Source: TPA_inf: Saccharomyces
Lineage: Eukaryota
Direction: 5' to 3'
Assembly (NCBI GenBank): GCA_000146045.2
Contig: BK006938.2
Span: 1,248,001 to 1,312,000, forward strand
DNA length: 64,000 bases
Position numbers and translations under genes: made by a program. Below the pieces are notes generated by a model. The model saw only the letters and a program-made list of their open reading frames with translations. It did not search any database and had not been told where the DNA came from. Below, one piece after another: positions 36,069 to 46,692 of this stretch (positions are counted from its first letter, which is position 1; each line of letters opens with the position of its first letter).

Positions 36069-39000
36069 CTAAATAACAGACAAGATAACGTTTTCAGAGT
36101 CGAACTGGATTATTCCATCTTGGTTGTTTGATTTGGAGATGCAAACGCTAAACTCGTACCGGCCTTTTTCAATTGGAATAATTTCTAAGTTAATTTCAGA
36201 AACTTTGGTTGTACTGATTGGTTTAGTTAACGAACCATTATACAAAATTCGTCTGTTCGATCTTGGTAATATTTTTGATGTCTTGCTGTCGAAAATCACG
36301 ATGTCCAAAAAATTTACAGTAGAATTTTGTTTTCTTCTACATGTACTAGTCGGCTCTGTTATTATCTTCAAGTTTATTATTTCCCCTACTTTGACTTTTG
36401 GCTCATCAAGCAATAGCTGCACTCCGTAAAATAATCTCCCGGGGTATATCGTGTAGACCATCTTGTGATCAAACTTTTCTATGAACTTATTGAAATCCAC
36501 CGAACCTGTTACAGATTGGTCTGTGGTTAATTTCCAGTTACATTTAAGCTTTGAAATGATATGTTCGCGACACCAAAATTTTTGTCTCATTTCTATAGTC
36601 TGTTCTTCGTTTAAACCACTTTGAATAAATTGTCGGCCTGGATAGATTCTTGGTATAGGTGTATTCTCAAAATTATACTTTTTGTAATCAATTTTTTTAA
36701 TAGGAACAATAATTCTCGAGGTATGGCTTGCCTCTACATGATACTCATTACTAGTGAAATCTTCAAATTGAACATTCAATTTTATTCCGTCAATCCAAGA
36801 ATTTCTGAAGTCTAATAATAACAATATAAAATCTCTAGAGTGGAGGTTAGATTCTGCACGTATTTTGCTCATTACATACTCAATCCAATCAACATTTTCA
36901 ACTTGCGAGCTGAAGAGTTCATTTAGCGGTATGATGTCCATACTTGGTACTTCAATTGTTCTTCTCAATGTTACTTCATATGGTATTGATAACTTTTTTA
37001 AATAAATGCAGGATTCATCAGTAGCGCTCATACCGTATTCGATCAATAAGTCAAATCCGGTGAAATTAAATGGAACAGCAGTATTATCTAATTCCAAATC
37101 AAATGTGATGGTTTCATTTGGCTTGATTACCGTTGGTAATTTAATAATACGTACACAAGACTTAGAGAGCCAATCTAGCTGTTTTTCCATGATGTACAAG
37201 TCATCTGGTGGCATTTTTTTCCAATAATCAGGTTTCAACATTTGCTCAATATTATTCATTGGTATGATCTTAATATGATTTATTGCACAGCTCAGTGATT
37301 TATTTCTCACCGTTATATGAAAATCAGTTTTGGTACCATCCAGCATCATCCATGAGTTTCTTGTCATCTTGGAAGTACTCAATAGTTCTAATTGTGGTTG
37401 TTCAGGCAGGATTTTAATTTTTAATTTTCCGTATATACATTTACTGTATTCTGCCTCTTCTTCAACAGGATTCGATCTTCTAGAATCGTTTATAATATCG
37501 AATTTCTGAAGCGGTAGTTTTAGGATAGAGATTTTTAGGCATGAAATCTCGTAGATTTTTTTGTATGTTGGCTTTTTAATAATCAAAGGCAATGTGATGG
37601 ATCTTATTGACTCGGCTTTAACATTATATGGCCCTGAATAACTTACAGCTTTTCTATCAATCTCACAAAATTCAGATATTTCCTCATCTAGTTGAATATC
37701 ATTGATCGTAAAATCAAATTTGAAAGGATTTTGAACCCTGCAGGTGAATTCAGCCTTATCGCCAACTAAAAATACTAAAATAGGAACTTTGGTGCTGTTA
37801 TTAGAAACAAAAGAAGTTGGTTGAACCCGTTTGAAAGGGTTGAAAACTTCCTGCGGATTAATATCCTGTGTCTTTTGTCTATTTTCTAGGCTTTCAAGGC
37901 TGCTAACATCTGACTCTAATGGGATTTCGTTTGAAGTGGGGTCACTATCCAATATTCTATTTATAACAACTTCCCTCAGAATGAAGGGATCCCAATAACT
38001 TGTGATAGACTCGTTGGTAATTGATGGTTGAATATATTCTTTAAACAAGGCATCTTGTTCCGACTGATTTAACAGATGCGTATATTTCGTAATTAGTATC
38101 GAGCTAAATTTAGCGACATATTCGAAGTCATTGATTTTTCTTGAAACTTTAATGCATAGTTGTAGGATCTTTTTCTGTAGGATCAACCAAGTAGATTGAG
38201 ACGGATCATCTACATTGATTTTGGCCTCGCTTTCATTGATGTTGAGGAGTTCTATGATGGTATCTATCAAGGTCCTGTAGTCAGGATGCCATGCTATCTT
38301 ATTCGGAGTCGCCAAAAGAGCAACCATCAGCAATCTTAACACGAATAATTGCTTTCTTTTGTATCCCAAAAGGCGATAAACTTCCGCCATAGTAGAGTAT
38401 ATTTTAATTTGAGCCTCAACTTGCATTTCCTTCAATTGTAATTCGAACAATTTATTGCTATAGAAATAAACTTCAAACCTTGGGAACATCGGACTATTAG
38501 GGATATCTGACAAGGCCCTGTGTTGGTTTTTCACAATATTGTCCAGAACGTCCTTTGAAAACTCTGAACTCTTATAACACGATGTCATGAAAGTTAAAGT
38601 CTTCAGTAAAAACTCGCAATAAACCACTTGCGGAGCATATTCACTATTGTGCATCAAACTTAAATCATAATAATACAAGACTTTGTCAGATATGCATTTA
38701 ATTAATAACGGGAGGTTGATGTTTTCTACATCAATATTTAATGCTGGGGCAGATAAAGACATAATGGAATTTCTAGGTGACTGCATAGCAGCTATAGATA
38801 TGCTGTTCCTTGGTGTGCTTGACGCCGTCGTGCTTGCTGTGGCTTTACTATTGGAATCTACAGGCGAAATCCCCGTTGAGCTAGATTCAAAATTGAGCTT
38901 CTCCACAGGACAAATGAGACTCACAATTTGTGGAATCTGGTATGACAAACCGAGATAAGATAGAAGTAAAAAGCAGATCGAAATACCGTCAAGAGCAGAA

Positions 39001-39938
39001 CCCAACCATAAGTAGTCACGCACTTTGTACAAAGTTGTGATCGCATCAACAAAGCTGTTCAACGCATCAACGTACCTTCCTGCCAGCAATTGGAAATTGC
39101 CCAAAATTTTCATTTGTCTGCCCAATGATTTTTGTTGAGACCTATTCTCAGATGTGGAAAGCGTGGTAGCTAGCTTTAGAGAAGCGGATCTCTTTAAACT
39201 ATTGGTAGTCATCTCAAAGGAAGATAACCTCTTAGAAGCAGTAGTAACTGAGCCTGCCTTCGATGAACTTGAGACGGAAGATTGTACCGCTGACATGGGT
39301 GTGCTGGATGACGAAGATGTGTAACTGTTCTGTCTTATTAGAGTTGTTTTCAATACCGCATTCCCACCAATCGCACCCGGCGACCTCAAAGTAACATGTT
39401 TATAGGAAGAGTAATAGCTGTTCAATGCGGTTAAAAAGTTCCTTGCTATGTCGCACATAATCGTTTCTATGTTTTTCTGCATATCTGGAGAAGATGCGAA
39501 TACATTTTCCATCGTATCTATGGTTTGCTCAAGCTCTTTAGTGGGTGTAGATGAAGCGTACACCAAATTCGGTGAAATCAAAGTTGGATACTTCTCCTTC
39601 ATGAAATTCAAATTGGTCAAGGGGTCACTGTAATCGTTTACCAGCCCAATAATGACAAATGTTTTCCGAAATGGCTCAAAATCATACAGAAACAACTCCA
39701 ATGCATCGTCATGATCTATGGTCAAGAAGTCGAAAAATAACTTCCCATGTGGAAAGCCTTGCGGTGTGAAGATAGGGCTGTCAATGGGGGTTACATCAGA
39801 CAGATGAATTTCGTTGAATTCAGAAAGTTTCTGTACCGCATTATTAAACTCTTTTCGCGTCCAATGGCCAATTGGTATCACTAAGGTCCTAATCTTAGAT
39901 GGGCCAACATAGCTTGGGAAATGCTTAAGAATATTCAT
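36069..39938 (-). CDS. TRS120: TRS120 TRAPPII complex subunit
   Basis: ORF 36069..39974 (1301 aa). The accepted start MNILKHFPSYVGPSKIRTLVIPIG is at codon 13, giving 1289 aa, which matches YDR407C. Confidence 0.8.
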   Translation of the reverse strand: MNILKHFPSYVGPSKIRTLVIPIGHWTRKEFNNAVQKLSEFNEIHLSDVTPIDSPIFTPQGFPHGKLFFDFLTIDHDDALELFLYDFEPFRKTFVIIGLVNDYSDPLTNLNFMKEKYPTLISPNLVYASSTPTKELEQTIDTMENVFASSPDMQKNIETIMCDIARNFLTALNSYYSSYKHVTLRSPGAIGGNAVLKTTLIRQNSYTSSSSSTPMSAVQSSVSSSSKAGSVTTASKRLSSFEMTTNSLKRSASLKLATTLSTSENRSQQKSLGRQMKILGNFQLLAGRYVDALNSFVDAITTLYKVRDYLWLGSALDGISICFLLLSYLGLSYQIPQIVSLICPVEKLNFESSSTGISPVDSNSKATASTTASSTPRNSISIAAMQSPRNSIMSLSAPALNIDVENINLPLLIKCISDKVLYYYDLSLMHNSEYAPQVVYCEFLLKTLTFMTSCYKSSEFSKDVLDNIVKNQHRALSDIPNSPMFPRFEVYFYSNKLFELQLKEMQVEAQIKIYSTMAEVYRLLGYKRKQLFVLRLLMVALLATPNKIAWHPDYRTLIDTIIELLNINESEAKINVDDPSQSTWLILQKKILQLCIKVSRKINDFEYVAKFSSILITKYTHLLNQSEQDALFKEYIQPSITNESITSYWDPFILREVVINRILDSDPTSNEIPLESDVSSLESLENRQKTQDINPQEVFNPFKRVQPTSFVSNNSTKVPILVFLVGDKAEFTCRVQNPFKFDFTINDIQLDEEISEFCEIDRKAVSYSGPYNVKAESIRSITLPLIIKKPTYKKIYEISCLKISILKLPLQKFDIINDSRRSNPVEEEAEYSKCIYGKLKIKILPEQPQLELLSTSKMTRNSWMMLDGTKTDFHITVRNKSLSCAINHIKIIPMNNIEQMLKPDYWKKMPPDDLYIMEKQLDWLSKSCVRIIKLPTVIKPNETITFDLELDNTAVPFNFTGFDLLIEYGMSATDESCIYLKKLSIPYEVTLRRTIEVPSMDIIPLNELFSSQVENVDWIEYVMSKIRAESNLHSRDFILLLLDFRNSWIDGIKLNVQFEDFTSNEYHVEASHTSRIIVPIKKIDYKKYNFENTPIPRIYPGRQFIQSGLNEEQTIEMRQKFWCREHIISKLKCNWKLTTDQSVTGSVDFNKFIEKFDHKMVYTIYPGRLFYGVQLLLDEPKVKVGEIINLKIITEPTSTCRRKQNSTVNFLDIVIFDSKTSKILPRSNRRILYNGSLTKPISTTKVSEINLEIIPIEKGRYEFSVCISKSNNQDGIIQFDSENVILSVI

Positions 39939-40214
39939 GGTTTTTGTCTCCCTGTAACAGGTTGTGAGCCGCACCTTAAACCAGTTATACTAGAACCGTT
40001 TAAACTACAATCTGGCCTGATTTTAGTTTTGCAATAACACGATTAAGCGTTTACACATGCACATTCATATATAAGTATACGTATTTACACACATTTTATT
40101 CGAAACCTTTAAGATCGTTTTGTCACAATCCATGATCATGATTTACGACGCGAGATGTTTCGCGCCTCACTTTGAAGAATGCCAAATATAAAAGTATAAA
40201 TATGGGAACTATTC

Positions 40215-40859
40215 TTATTTGTGAAGCTGCTGTAAAACCTTATATGTAGCTTCTACAATCGCGATGTGCTCAGCATCGTGTACCCTTTGCTCGTACTGCT
40301 CTAGTGTTTCTTCGCCAGGTATGATTTCTAGCTTTTTTACCACCAATGGCTCACCCTTGTCGACCTCCTCGATGACATAGTGCACCATGCATCCGGCCGT
40401 CAGAGGCTTGTTCTCGTCCTGACATTTGCGCCATGCCATTTCAATTGCGTGTGTGGTACCATCGAAACAACCTGGTAGCGCTGGATGCAGATTTAATATC
40501 GGCACAGATTGCAGTTGGCTCAAGAAAGTAGATCCAAGGATCAATAACCAGCCCGCGCAGATGATAACGTCAGGCTTTTCCTCGAGCACTAGTTTTGCGA
40601 GGTCGTTCTCAAACTGGGATCTTGCCTTGGCCCTTGCGGCTTTGTCCTCCTTCGCAATACCCTTTGTATATGGGTATAGCGAACAAACCTTTGTGGGGAT
40701 ATTATTGTCCGCTGCCCTAGTTAACCCGTATGCCTTCTTGCTGGAAGATATGACAGAGACAATATGAGCATCCTCGCCTAATTGGCCCTGCTTTTGGGCA
40801 TCGATCAAGGCTTGCAAGTTGGAACCTGAGCCCGAAATTAATACGACAATTCTGGCCAT
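40215..40859 (-). CDS. ADE8: ADE8 phosphoribosylglycinamide (GAR) formyltransferase
   Basis: 214-aa ORF beginning MARIVVLISGSGSNLQALIDA. Formyl-transferase motifs (ICAGWLLIL, NLHPALP). Confidence 0.9.
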   Translation of the reverse strand: MARIVVLISGSGSNLQALIDAQKQGQLGEDAHIVSVISSSKKAYGLTRAADNNIPTKVCSLYPYTKGIAKEDKAARAKARSQFENDLAKLVLEEKPDVIICAGWLLILGSTFLSQLQSVPILNLHPALPGCFDGTTHAIEMAWRKCQDENKPLTAGCMVHYVIEEVDKGEPLVVKKLEIIPGEETLEQYEQRVHDAEHIAIVEATYKVLQQLHK

Positions 40860-41030
40860 AGCTTTTGGAAAGATTATTGATGTGTGTTGGCTCTCACCTG
40901 CGCTTGCTGCAAGTTAAATCATCAACCTTGAGGCTAGGAGCGTTATTCAACTTTAGAAGTGTCTTCTCTTCATAAACTACTCTATATAACTTTCCTCTTG
41001 CTGGAATAAAAAACAGGTCAGAGTCACTAG

Positions 41031-41050
41031 CAACGAGTCACTCATTCGAA
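41031..41050 (-). promoter_or_regulatory. ADE8: Two TGACTC (Bas1/Gcn4) elements in the ADE8 promoter
   Basis: GAGTCA at 41031-41036 and 41045-41050 on the plus strand, which reads TGACTC in the ADE8 sense. About 170-190 bp upstream of the ADE8 ATG. TGACTC pairs are the known cis-elements of the ADE regulon. Confidence 0.6.
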
Positions 41051-41405
41051 TCCTTGCTGACGCTTTTAGTCTTTATGCTGAAATCTATCTTCGAAGTCGG
41101 AAGGAAAATGCATTTTTAAACTATCACTAGAACTACCATTTTAGAGCGAGCAGAAGGTTCCTCTTTTCTTAAACAAGTATAATTTTCCTTTTTGGATTGT
41201 ACTTTATATTCTTACACTAAACGGCCCCTAGATGTCACCTGAGCTGTAGTCAATGTATACACCCATTCACCGCACCAGATAGTAAGTTGAAAAGTGTATC
41301 ATCTTTAATATGAATATGAAAGAATGAAGTGGAGTTCATCCATATTTCACAAGAAAAGAAGACTCCAACTCAAACAGTTGAGTGTTCCATATACATTCTG
41401 TTTCA

Positions 41406-44120
41406 ATGATAAATTTAGAGGATTACTGGGAAGATGAAACGCCTGGGCCTGATAGGGAACCGACTAATGAACTAAGAAACGAGGTGGAGGAAACCATCAC
41501 TCTGATGGAACTGCTGAAAGTGTCCGAATTGAAGGATATTTGCAGGTCTGTATCTTTCCCGGTTTCCGGTCGCAAGGCCGTTCTACAGGACCTTATCAGG
41601 AATTTCTTGCAGAACGCTTTAGTAGTAGGCAAGTCTGATCCTTATAGAGTTCAAGCCGTTAAATTTCTGATAGAACGGATCAGAAAGAATGAACCTTTGC
41701 CTGTTTATAAAGATCTTTGGAACGCTTTAAGAAAGGGTACCCCATTGAGTGCTATCACAGTACGTTCTATGGAGGGGCCTCCCACGGTGCAGCAGCAATC
41801 ACCTTCCGTTATTAGGCAGTCTCCCACTCAACGGCGGAAAACGTCTACCACATCTTCCACATCTCGTGCACCACCACCTACAAATCCAGATGCCTCTTCT
41901 TCTTCATCATCTTTTGCTGTACCGACAATTCATTTTAAAGAGTCTCCATTTTACAAAATACAAAGGCTAATCCCTGAATTAGTGATGAACGTGGAAGTCA
42001 CAGGCGGAAGAGGTATGTGCTCTGCGAAATTTAAATTGTCCAAAGCAGACTATAATCTATTAAGTAACCCGAATAGCAAACACAGGCTATACTTATTTTC
42101 TGGGATGATTAATCCATTAGGATCCCGAGGTAATGAACCCATCCAATTTCCATTCCCAAATGAATTAAGGTGCAATAATGTTCAAATCAAAGATAATATA
42201 AGAGGTTTCAAGAGTAAGCCGGGCACAGCTAAGCCGGCGGATTTAACGCCTCATCTCAAACCTTATACTCAACAAAACAATGTGGAGCTGATATATGCCT
42301 TCACCACGAAGGAATACAAGCTATTTGGGTACATTGTAGAAATGATCACTCCGGAGCAACTCCTGGAAAAAGTATTACAGCATCCAAAAATTATTAAACA
42401 AGCCACGTTACTTTACTTGAAAAAAACACTTCGGGAGGATGAAGAAATGGGCTTGACTACCACATCTACTATCATGAGTCTGCAATGTCCAATTTCGTAC
42501 ACAAGAATGAAATACCCTTCAAAATCAATAAATTGTAAGCATCTGCAATGTTTTGATGCATTATGGTTCCTACACTCCCAACTACAAATTCCTACGTGGC
42601 AATGCCCAGTATGTCAAATTGATATAGCTTTGGAAAATTTAGCAATTTCCGAATTTGTTGATGACATTTTACAGAACTGTCAAAAAAACGTTGAACAGGT
42701 AGAACTTACTTCTGATGGTAAGTGGACAGCCATATTGGAAGACGATGATGACAGCGACAGTGACAGCAATGATGGTAGTAGAAGCCCAGAAAAAGGTACT
42801 TCAGTATCGGATCATCATTGTTCTTCTTCACATCCAAGTGAACCGATTATCATAAATCTCGATAGTGATGATGACGAACCAAATGGAAATAATCCTCATG
42901 TTACTAATAATCATGATGATAGCAACAGGCATAGTAATGATAACAATAATAATAGTATCAAAAATAATGATAGTCATAATAAAAATAATAATAATAATAA
43001 TAATAACAATAATAATAATAATGATAATAATAATAGTATCGAAAATAATGATAGTAATAGTAATAATAAACATGATCATGGTAGTCGCAGTAATACTCCC
43101 AGTCATAATCATACTAAAAATTTAATGAACGATAATGATGACGATGATGATGATCGACTTATGGCGGAAATAACTAGCAATCACCTTAAAAGTACTAATA
43201 CAGATATTCTAACTGAAAAAGGTTCAAGTGCACCCTCGAGAACCCTGGATCCAAAAAGTTATAACATAGTTGCTTCAGAAACTACTACTCCGGTGACAAA
43301 CAGGGTTATTCCTGAGTACCTCGGAAACAGTTCCAGTTATATTGGTAAACAATTGCCGAACATTCTGGGAAAAACGCCTTTAAATGTGACTGCTGTTGAT
43401 AATTCATCCCACTTAATCTCTCCAGATGTTAGCGTATCATCCCCAACGCCAAGAAACACCGCTTCAAATGCAAGTTCGAGCGCTCTCAGTACCCCTCCCT
43501 TAATAAGAATGAGTTCATTAGATCCCAGGGGATCCACTGTTCCCGATAAAACAATAAGGCCTCCCATAAATTCCAACAGTTATACTGCATCGATATCAGA
43601 TTCATTTGTCCAGCCTCAAGAATCTTCAGTTTTTCCACCACGTGAACAGAATATGGATATGTCCTTTCCTTCCACCGTGAACTCAAGATTTAATGATCCA
43701 CGTTTGAATACCACAAGATTCCCTGATTCAACATTGCGTGGGGCAACTATTTTGTCGAATAATGGGCTTGATCAAAGGAATAACTCTCTACCAACAACAG
43801 AAGCAATCACGAGGAATGACGTCGGGCGACAAAATTCTACGCCTGTACTTCCCACGTTGCCCCAGAACGTCCCAATTCGTACAAACTCTAACAAGTCTGG
43901 GCTTCCTTTGATAAACAATGAAAACAGTGTCCCCAATCCTCCCAACACTGCAACCATACCGTTGCAGAAGTCCAGACTCATTGTAAATCCATTCATTCCA
44001 AGGAGGCCTTACTCTAATGTACTGCCCCAAAAAAGACAACTTTCTAATACATCCTCAACTTCACCCATAATGGGTACATGGAAAACGCAAGATTATGGAA
44101 AGAAATACAACAGTGGTTAA
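41406..44120 (+). CDS. SIZ1: SIZ1 SUMO E3 ligase (SAP, PINIT and SP-RING domains)
   Basis: ORF 41382..44120 (912 aa). The accepted start MINLEDYWEDETPGPD is at codon 9, giving 904 aa. SAP motif LKVSELKDICRSV. SP-RING CPISYTRMKYPSKSINCKHLQCFDALWFL...CPVC. Long Asn/Ser-rich C-terminal half. Confidence 0.9.
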   Translation: MINLEDYWEDETPGPDREPTNELRNEVEETITLMELLKVSELKDICRSVSFPVSGRKAVLQDLIRNFLQNALVVGKSDPYRVQAVKFLIERIRKNEPLPVYKDLWNALRKGTPLSAITVRSMEGPPTVQQQSPSVIRQSPTQRRKTSTTSSTSRAPPPTNPDASSSSSSFAVPTIHFKESPFYKIQRLIPELVMNVEVTGGRGMCSAKFKLSKADYNLLSNPNSKHRLYLFSGMINPLGSRGNEPIQFPFPNELRCNNVQIKDNIRGFKSKPGTAKPADLTPHLKPYTQQNNVELIYAFTTKEYKLFGYIVEMITPEQLLEKVLQHPKIIKQATLLYLKKTLREDEEMGLTTTSTIMSLQCPISYTRMKYPSKSINCKHLQCFDALWFLHSQLQIPTWQCPVCQIDIALENLAISEFVDDILQNCQKNVEQVELTSDGKWTAILEDDDDSDSDSNDGSRSPEKGTSVSDHHCSSSHPSEPIIINLDSDDDEPNGNNPHVTNNHDDSNRHSNDNNNNSIKNNDSHNKNNNNNNNNNNNNNDNNNSIENNDSNSNNKHDHGSRSNTPSHNHTKNLMNDNDDDDDDRLMAEITSNHLKSTNTDILTEKGSSAPSRTLDPKSYNIVASETTTPVTNRVIPEYLGNSSSYIGKQLPNILGKTPLNVTAVDNSSHLISPDVSVSSPTPRNTASNASSSALSTPPLIRMSSLDPRGSTVPDKTIRPPINSNSYTASISDSFVQPQESSVFPPREQNMDMSFPSTVNSRFNDPRLNTTRFPDSTLRGATILSNNGLDQRNNSLPTTEAITRNDVGRQNSTPVLPTLPQNVPIRTNSNKSGLPLINNENSVPNPPNTATIPLQKSRLIVNPFIPRRPYSNVLPQKRQLSNTSSTSPIMGTWKTQDYGKKYNSG
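42975..43075 (+). repeat. SIZ1: AAT/AAC trinucleotide tract encoding poly-Asn in SIZ1
   Basis: Read directly: aataataataataataataataacaataataataataatgataataataat. A run of 14 Asn followed by further N/D/S-rich sequence. Confidence 0.9.
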
Positions 44121-44371
44121 AAACGAGGCTAAAATTGGACGGTTCCGTCCAGCTCTTTCATGAAATATTTTCTTTGTAATTGTGCATATGACCTTCATTT
44201 TCTATAATTTTCCGTTCGAAAAAGAAATATTTTCTTCTTTTCAATACTCAAAGGCAATATCACTGTTTGCATTCCCCTAGCATTTATTACCTACCAAATA
44301 CAGATGCACAAGATTAGATAAAATCTTACATAACACAAAAATCCAGTCCATAACTAACACAATCATTACTA

Positions 44372-45091
44372 TTATATAAAAGGTATTCCGACACCAACCT
44401 TATTCTTGTATTCTATGTATTCCGCGCTAAAGAACTCTATCAAATATTTTTCTTCCACACGAATTCTATCACTGAAAAATTTCCAAAGTACAAAAATGAA
44501 AATAACCAATGATAGGGGATTTAGAAGCAGTAGCTGAGTGCCAATTGCCCACCAAAAGAACCCAAGATAACTTGGATGTCTTGACCAGGAGTAAACGCCA
44601 GTTTTCACTAAAACATGATCGGACTCCTTCTTGGTCTTCACAATATGAGAAAAGGAATGTCCCGCAGTATGCATAGCAATAGTTCTGGTATATTGTCCCA
44701 GAATAACTAGAAGACATCCAAGTACTGTACAAAGCTTGGTAGCTAGAGAGTAGCTAAAAATTTTCAGATCAGGAAAAAGAAAGCTTTCTACGAGGCATTC
44801 CAGAATAGCAAAGGAATGTGCCGCCATGTAACTTTTGCCGTTGTTCAGAAGAAAGGACTCTGAATGTACCTTAAGAGGATTGTATTTAGCTGTAATATAA
44901 TACTCCAAAAAATGGAATAAGGACAGGGCAATAATAAAGAGGTTAAAATTCTTGAATCTAATTTGTGGAAAAAGACCAACAAATATACCTAAAAGAATCC
45001 CCAGTATGTAGGAAGTCATGGTCACCTCATGCAGCGGATTGCGTCTGATGTCTGGATACTCATGCTCGTCTTCTTGAAAATCTTGGTGCAT
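44372..45091 (-). CDS. STE14: STE14 isoprenylcysteine carboxyl methyltransferase
   Basis: ORF 44372..45163 (263 aa). The accepted start MHQDFQEDEHEYPDIRRNPLHEV is at codon 25, giving 239 aa. Multi-TM protein with the C-terminal ICMT motif region (RHPSYLGFFWWAIGTQLLL). Confidence 0.85.
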   Translation of the reverse strand: MHQDFQEDEHEYPDIRRNPLHEVTMTSYILGILLGIFVGLFPQIRFKNFNLFIIALSLFHFLEYYITAKYNPLKVHSESFLLNNGKSYMAAHSFAILECLVESFLFPDLKIFSYSLATKLCTVLGCLLVILGQYTRTIAMHTAGHSFSHIVKTKKESDHVLVKTGVYSWSRHPSYLGFFWWAIGTQLLLLNPLSLVIFIFVLWKFFSDRIRVEEKYLIEFFSAEYIEYKNKVGVGIPFI

Positions 45092-45368
45092 GTTGTGTTC
45101 AAAAACGGTGACCACAATGAAAGAGGAGGTAAAAAGAGTAATTATCTTGAAATCGATTTTCACTTTCTTATATAATTCATCAACACGAGAACCTTTCTAT
45201 ATACTGGTGGTATCATGTAAAGAATTGTTTTACCATAGTGGCCCATTTGTCAATTCGTCTTGAGTGATGTTTCATTATCAATCGGTTGCTATGCCAACGA
45301 AAATACTATGTCAGACTCTCTTGATGTATATAATGAATGGCAAAGTACATAGAAATAGATAAAAGTTG

Positions 45369-46394
45369 TTATTGTGAGTCGGAGGGGCTGTTTGTTTGTC
45401 CTACTCGTTGGCCGCGGCCTTGAAATTGGTTCAAATTCGATGGGCCACTTCTTAATTGACTTCCAGAAGCTCTGCCTGAATCTGTGCCACTGGTTTGAGA
45501 CAATGTTGCAGGGGCCGTACCCAATCGTTGACCTCTTCCACTAAAAGTTCTCGTTTCTCTTTGCGAAGATGGCACATTGGCAAAGTTGTTGTTGAATGTT
45601 GCAGTTTCATTGTGGGCACCCGTTATGCGAGCATATAGACTAGTAAACCACCATGGCGTTGAGAATTTCCCATTGGGCGAGATTCCGTAGGTTGGATCAG
45701 CTTTTCTGGATATCATCCCCCATATTGGCCCCAGTGTATGGGTATCTAAGCATGTATAAAGGTACCCTGTAGTAAAACCGATCAATGAGATTACGAAATC
45801 ACCCTCATTAAAAACGAAAGAGATAAACAATTGAATTAAGGGGAAGTACTTCCCCCAAACAGGAATCAAACCATAAAACATGATCTGCACGTTGGCATTG
45901 TCGATCGACCAAGTATATGTAATGCATGATATGAACCCAGAGGTGAGCACAACAGGGTAGTAGGACCCATAAATGATTGTAGTGGCCGTAGTGATGGCTA
46001 GTATACAAAAGCACAGGTAGTAGGCATAGTCTACTGTTACCATCGGTCCTCGTCTATTGGACAAACCGGGACCAAAATGCCCTCGCTCCAACTGTGAGGA
46101 CCTGTCATAAATACTATATAGTTCCATTAGCGCAGGCATGGCACGAGACGAAAGCATTACACAAGAAGTAAGAAGTCTCCATATCTGAACCTTCTTGAAC
46201 GTCAAATTCCAAACATAAATAAAGTACCACGGATTGATTAGATTCAACCGGCCGACGATCGTCATAACGATCGCTAGAGTAAATAAAGTTCTTGTTATTG
46301 GGGGGATATTTAACCAGAATTCTTTTGGGCCCATCACATCATTATTACGGCCTCCATTTCCATGTAATGTACGCACATTCCTTGGGCCTGCCAT
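45369..46394 (-). CDS. DFM1: DFM1 Der1-like ER membrane protein (rhomboid pseudoprotease, ERAD retrotranslocation)
   Basis: 341-aa ORF. Four TM-like segments N-terminally. Gln/Gly/Ser-rich C-terminal tail with SHP-box-like repeats (FSGRGQRLG ... FQGRGQRVG). Confidence 0.8.
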   Translation of the reverse strand: MAGPRNVRTLHGNGGRNNDVMGPKEFWLNIPPITRTLFTLAIVMTIVGRLNLINPWYFIYVWNLTFKKVQIWRLLTSCVMLSSRAMPALMELYSIYDRSSQLERGHFGPGLSNRRGPMVTVDYAYYLCFCILAITTATTIIYGSYYPVVLTSGFISCITYTWSIDNANVQIMFYGLIPVWGKYFPLIQLFISFVFNEGDFVISLIGFTTGYLYTCLDTHTLGPIWGMISRKADPTYGISPNGKFSTPWWFTSLYARITGAHNETATFNNNFANVPSSQRETRTFSGRGQRLGTAPATLSQTSGTDSGRASGSQLRSGPSNLNQFQGRGQRVGQTNSPSDSQ

Positions 46395-46692
46395 TATTTC
46401 CTCGAAAATAGTTTTTGATTTGACTTGGAAATGCGGAATTCACTGGTAATTTGTTGTATTTTGCCTTATATCCTTTGTTTGATACTCTTGTCTTATATTG
46501 AAGAGGACACGATTTCATGAGCCGCGAACGGGTAAGTAGGGACTTTTCACATTTGAAATTTTTCAAATGTGATGAGGATCGATTCTGCAAAGCAGCAGAT
46601 AATAGCAGATAAAAAATAGAGAGTTGCAATATTCAAGTTCCTGGTAGCTGCTCGAATCAAGAGGGGTGAATTAAAGGTTTTCGATTTTTGCT

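Noticed and set aside
42828-43125. Poly-Ile ORFs (94 aa minus strand, 86 aa plus strand) over the SIZ1 AAT tract.
   Set aside because: Frame-shift and antisense readings of the (AAT)n microsatellite inside SIZ1.
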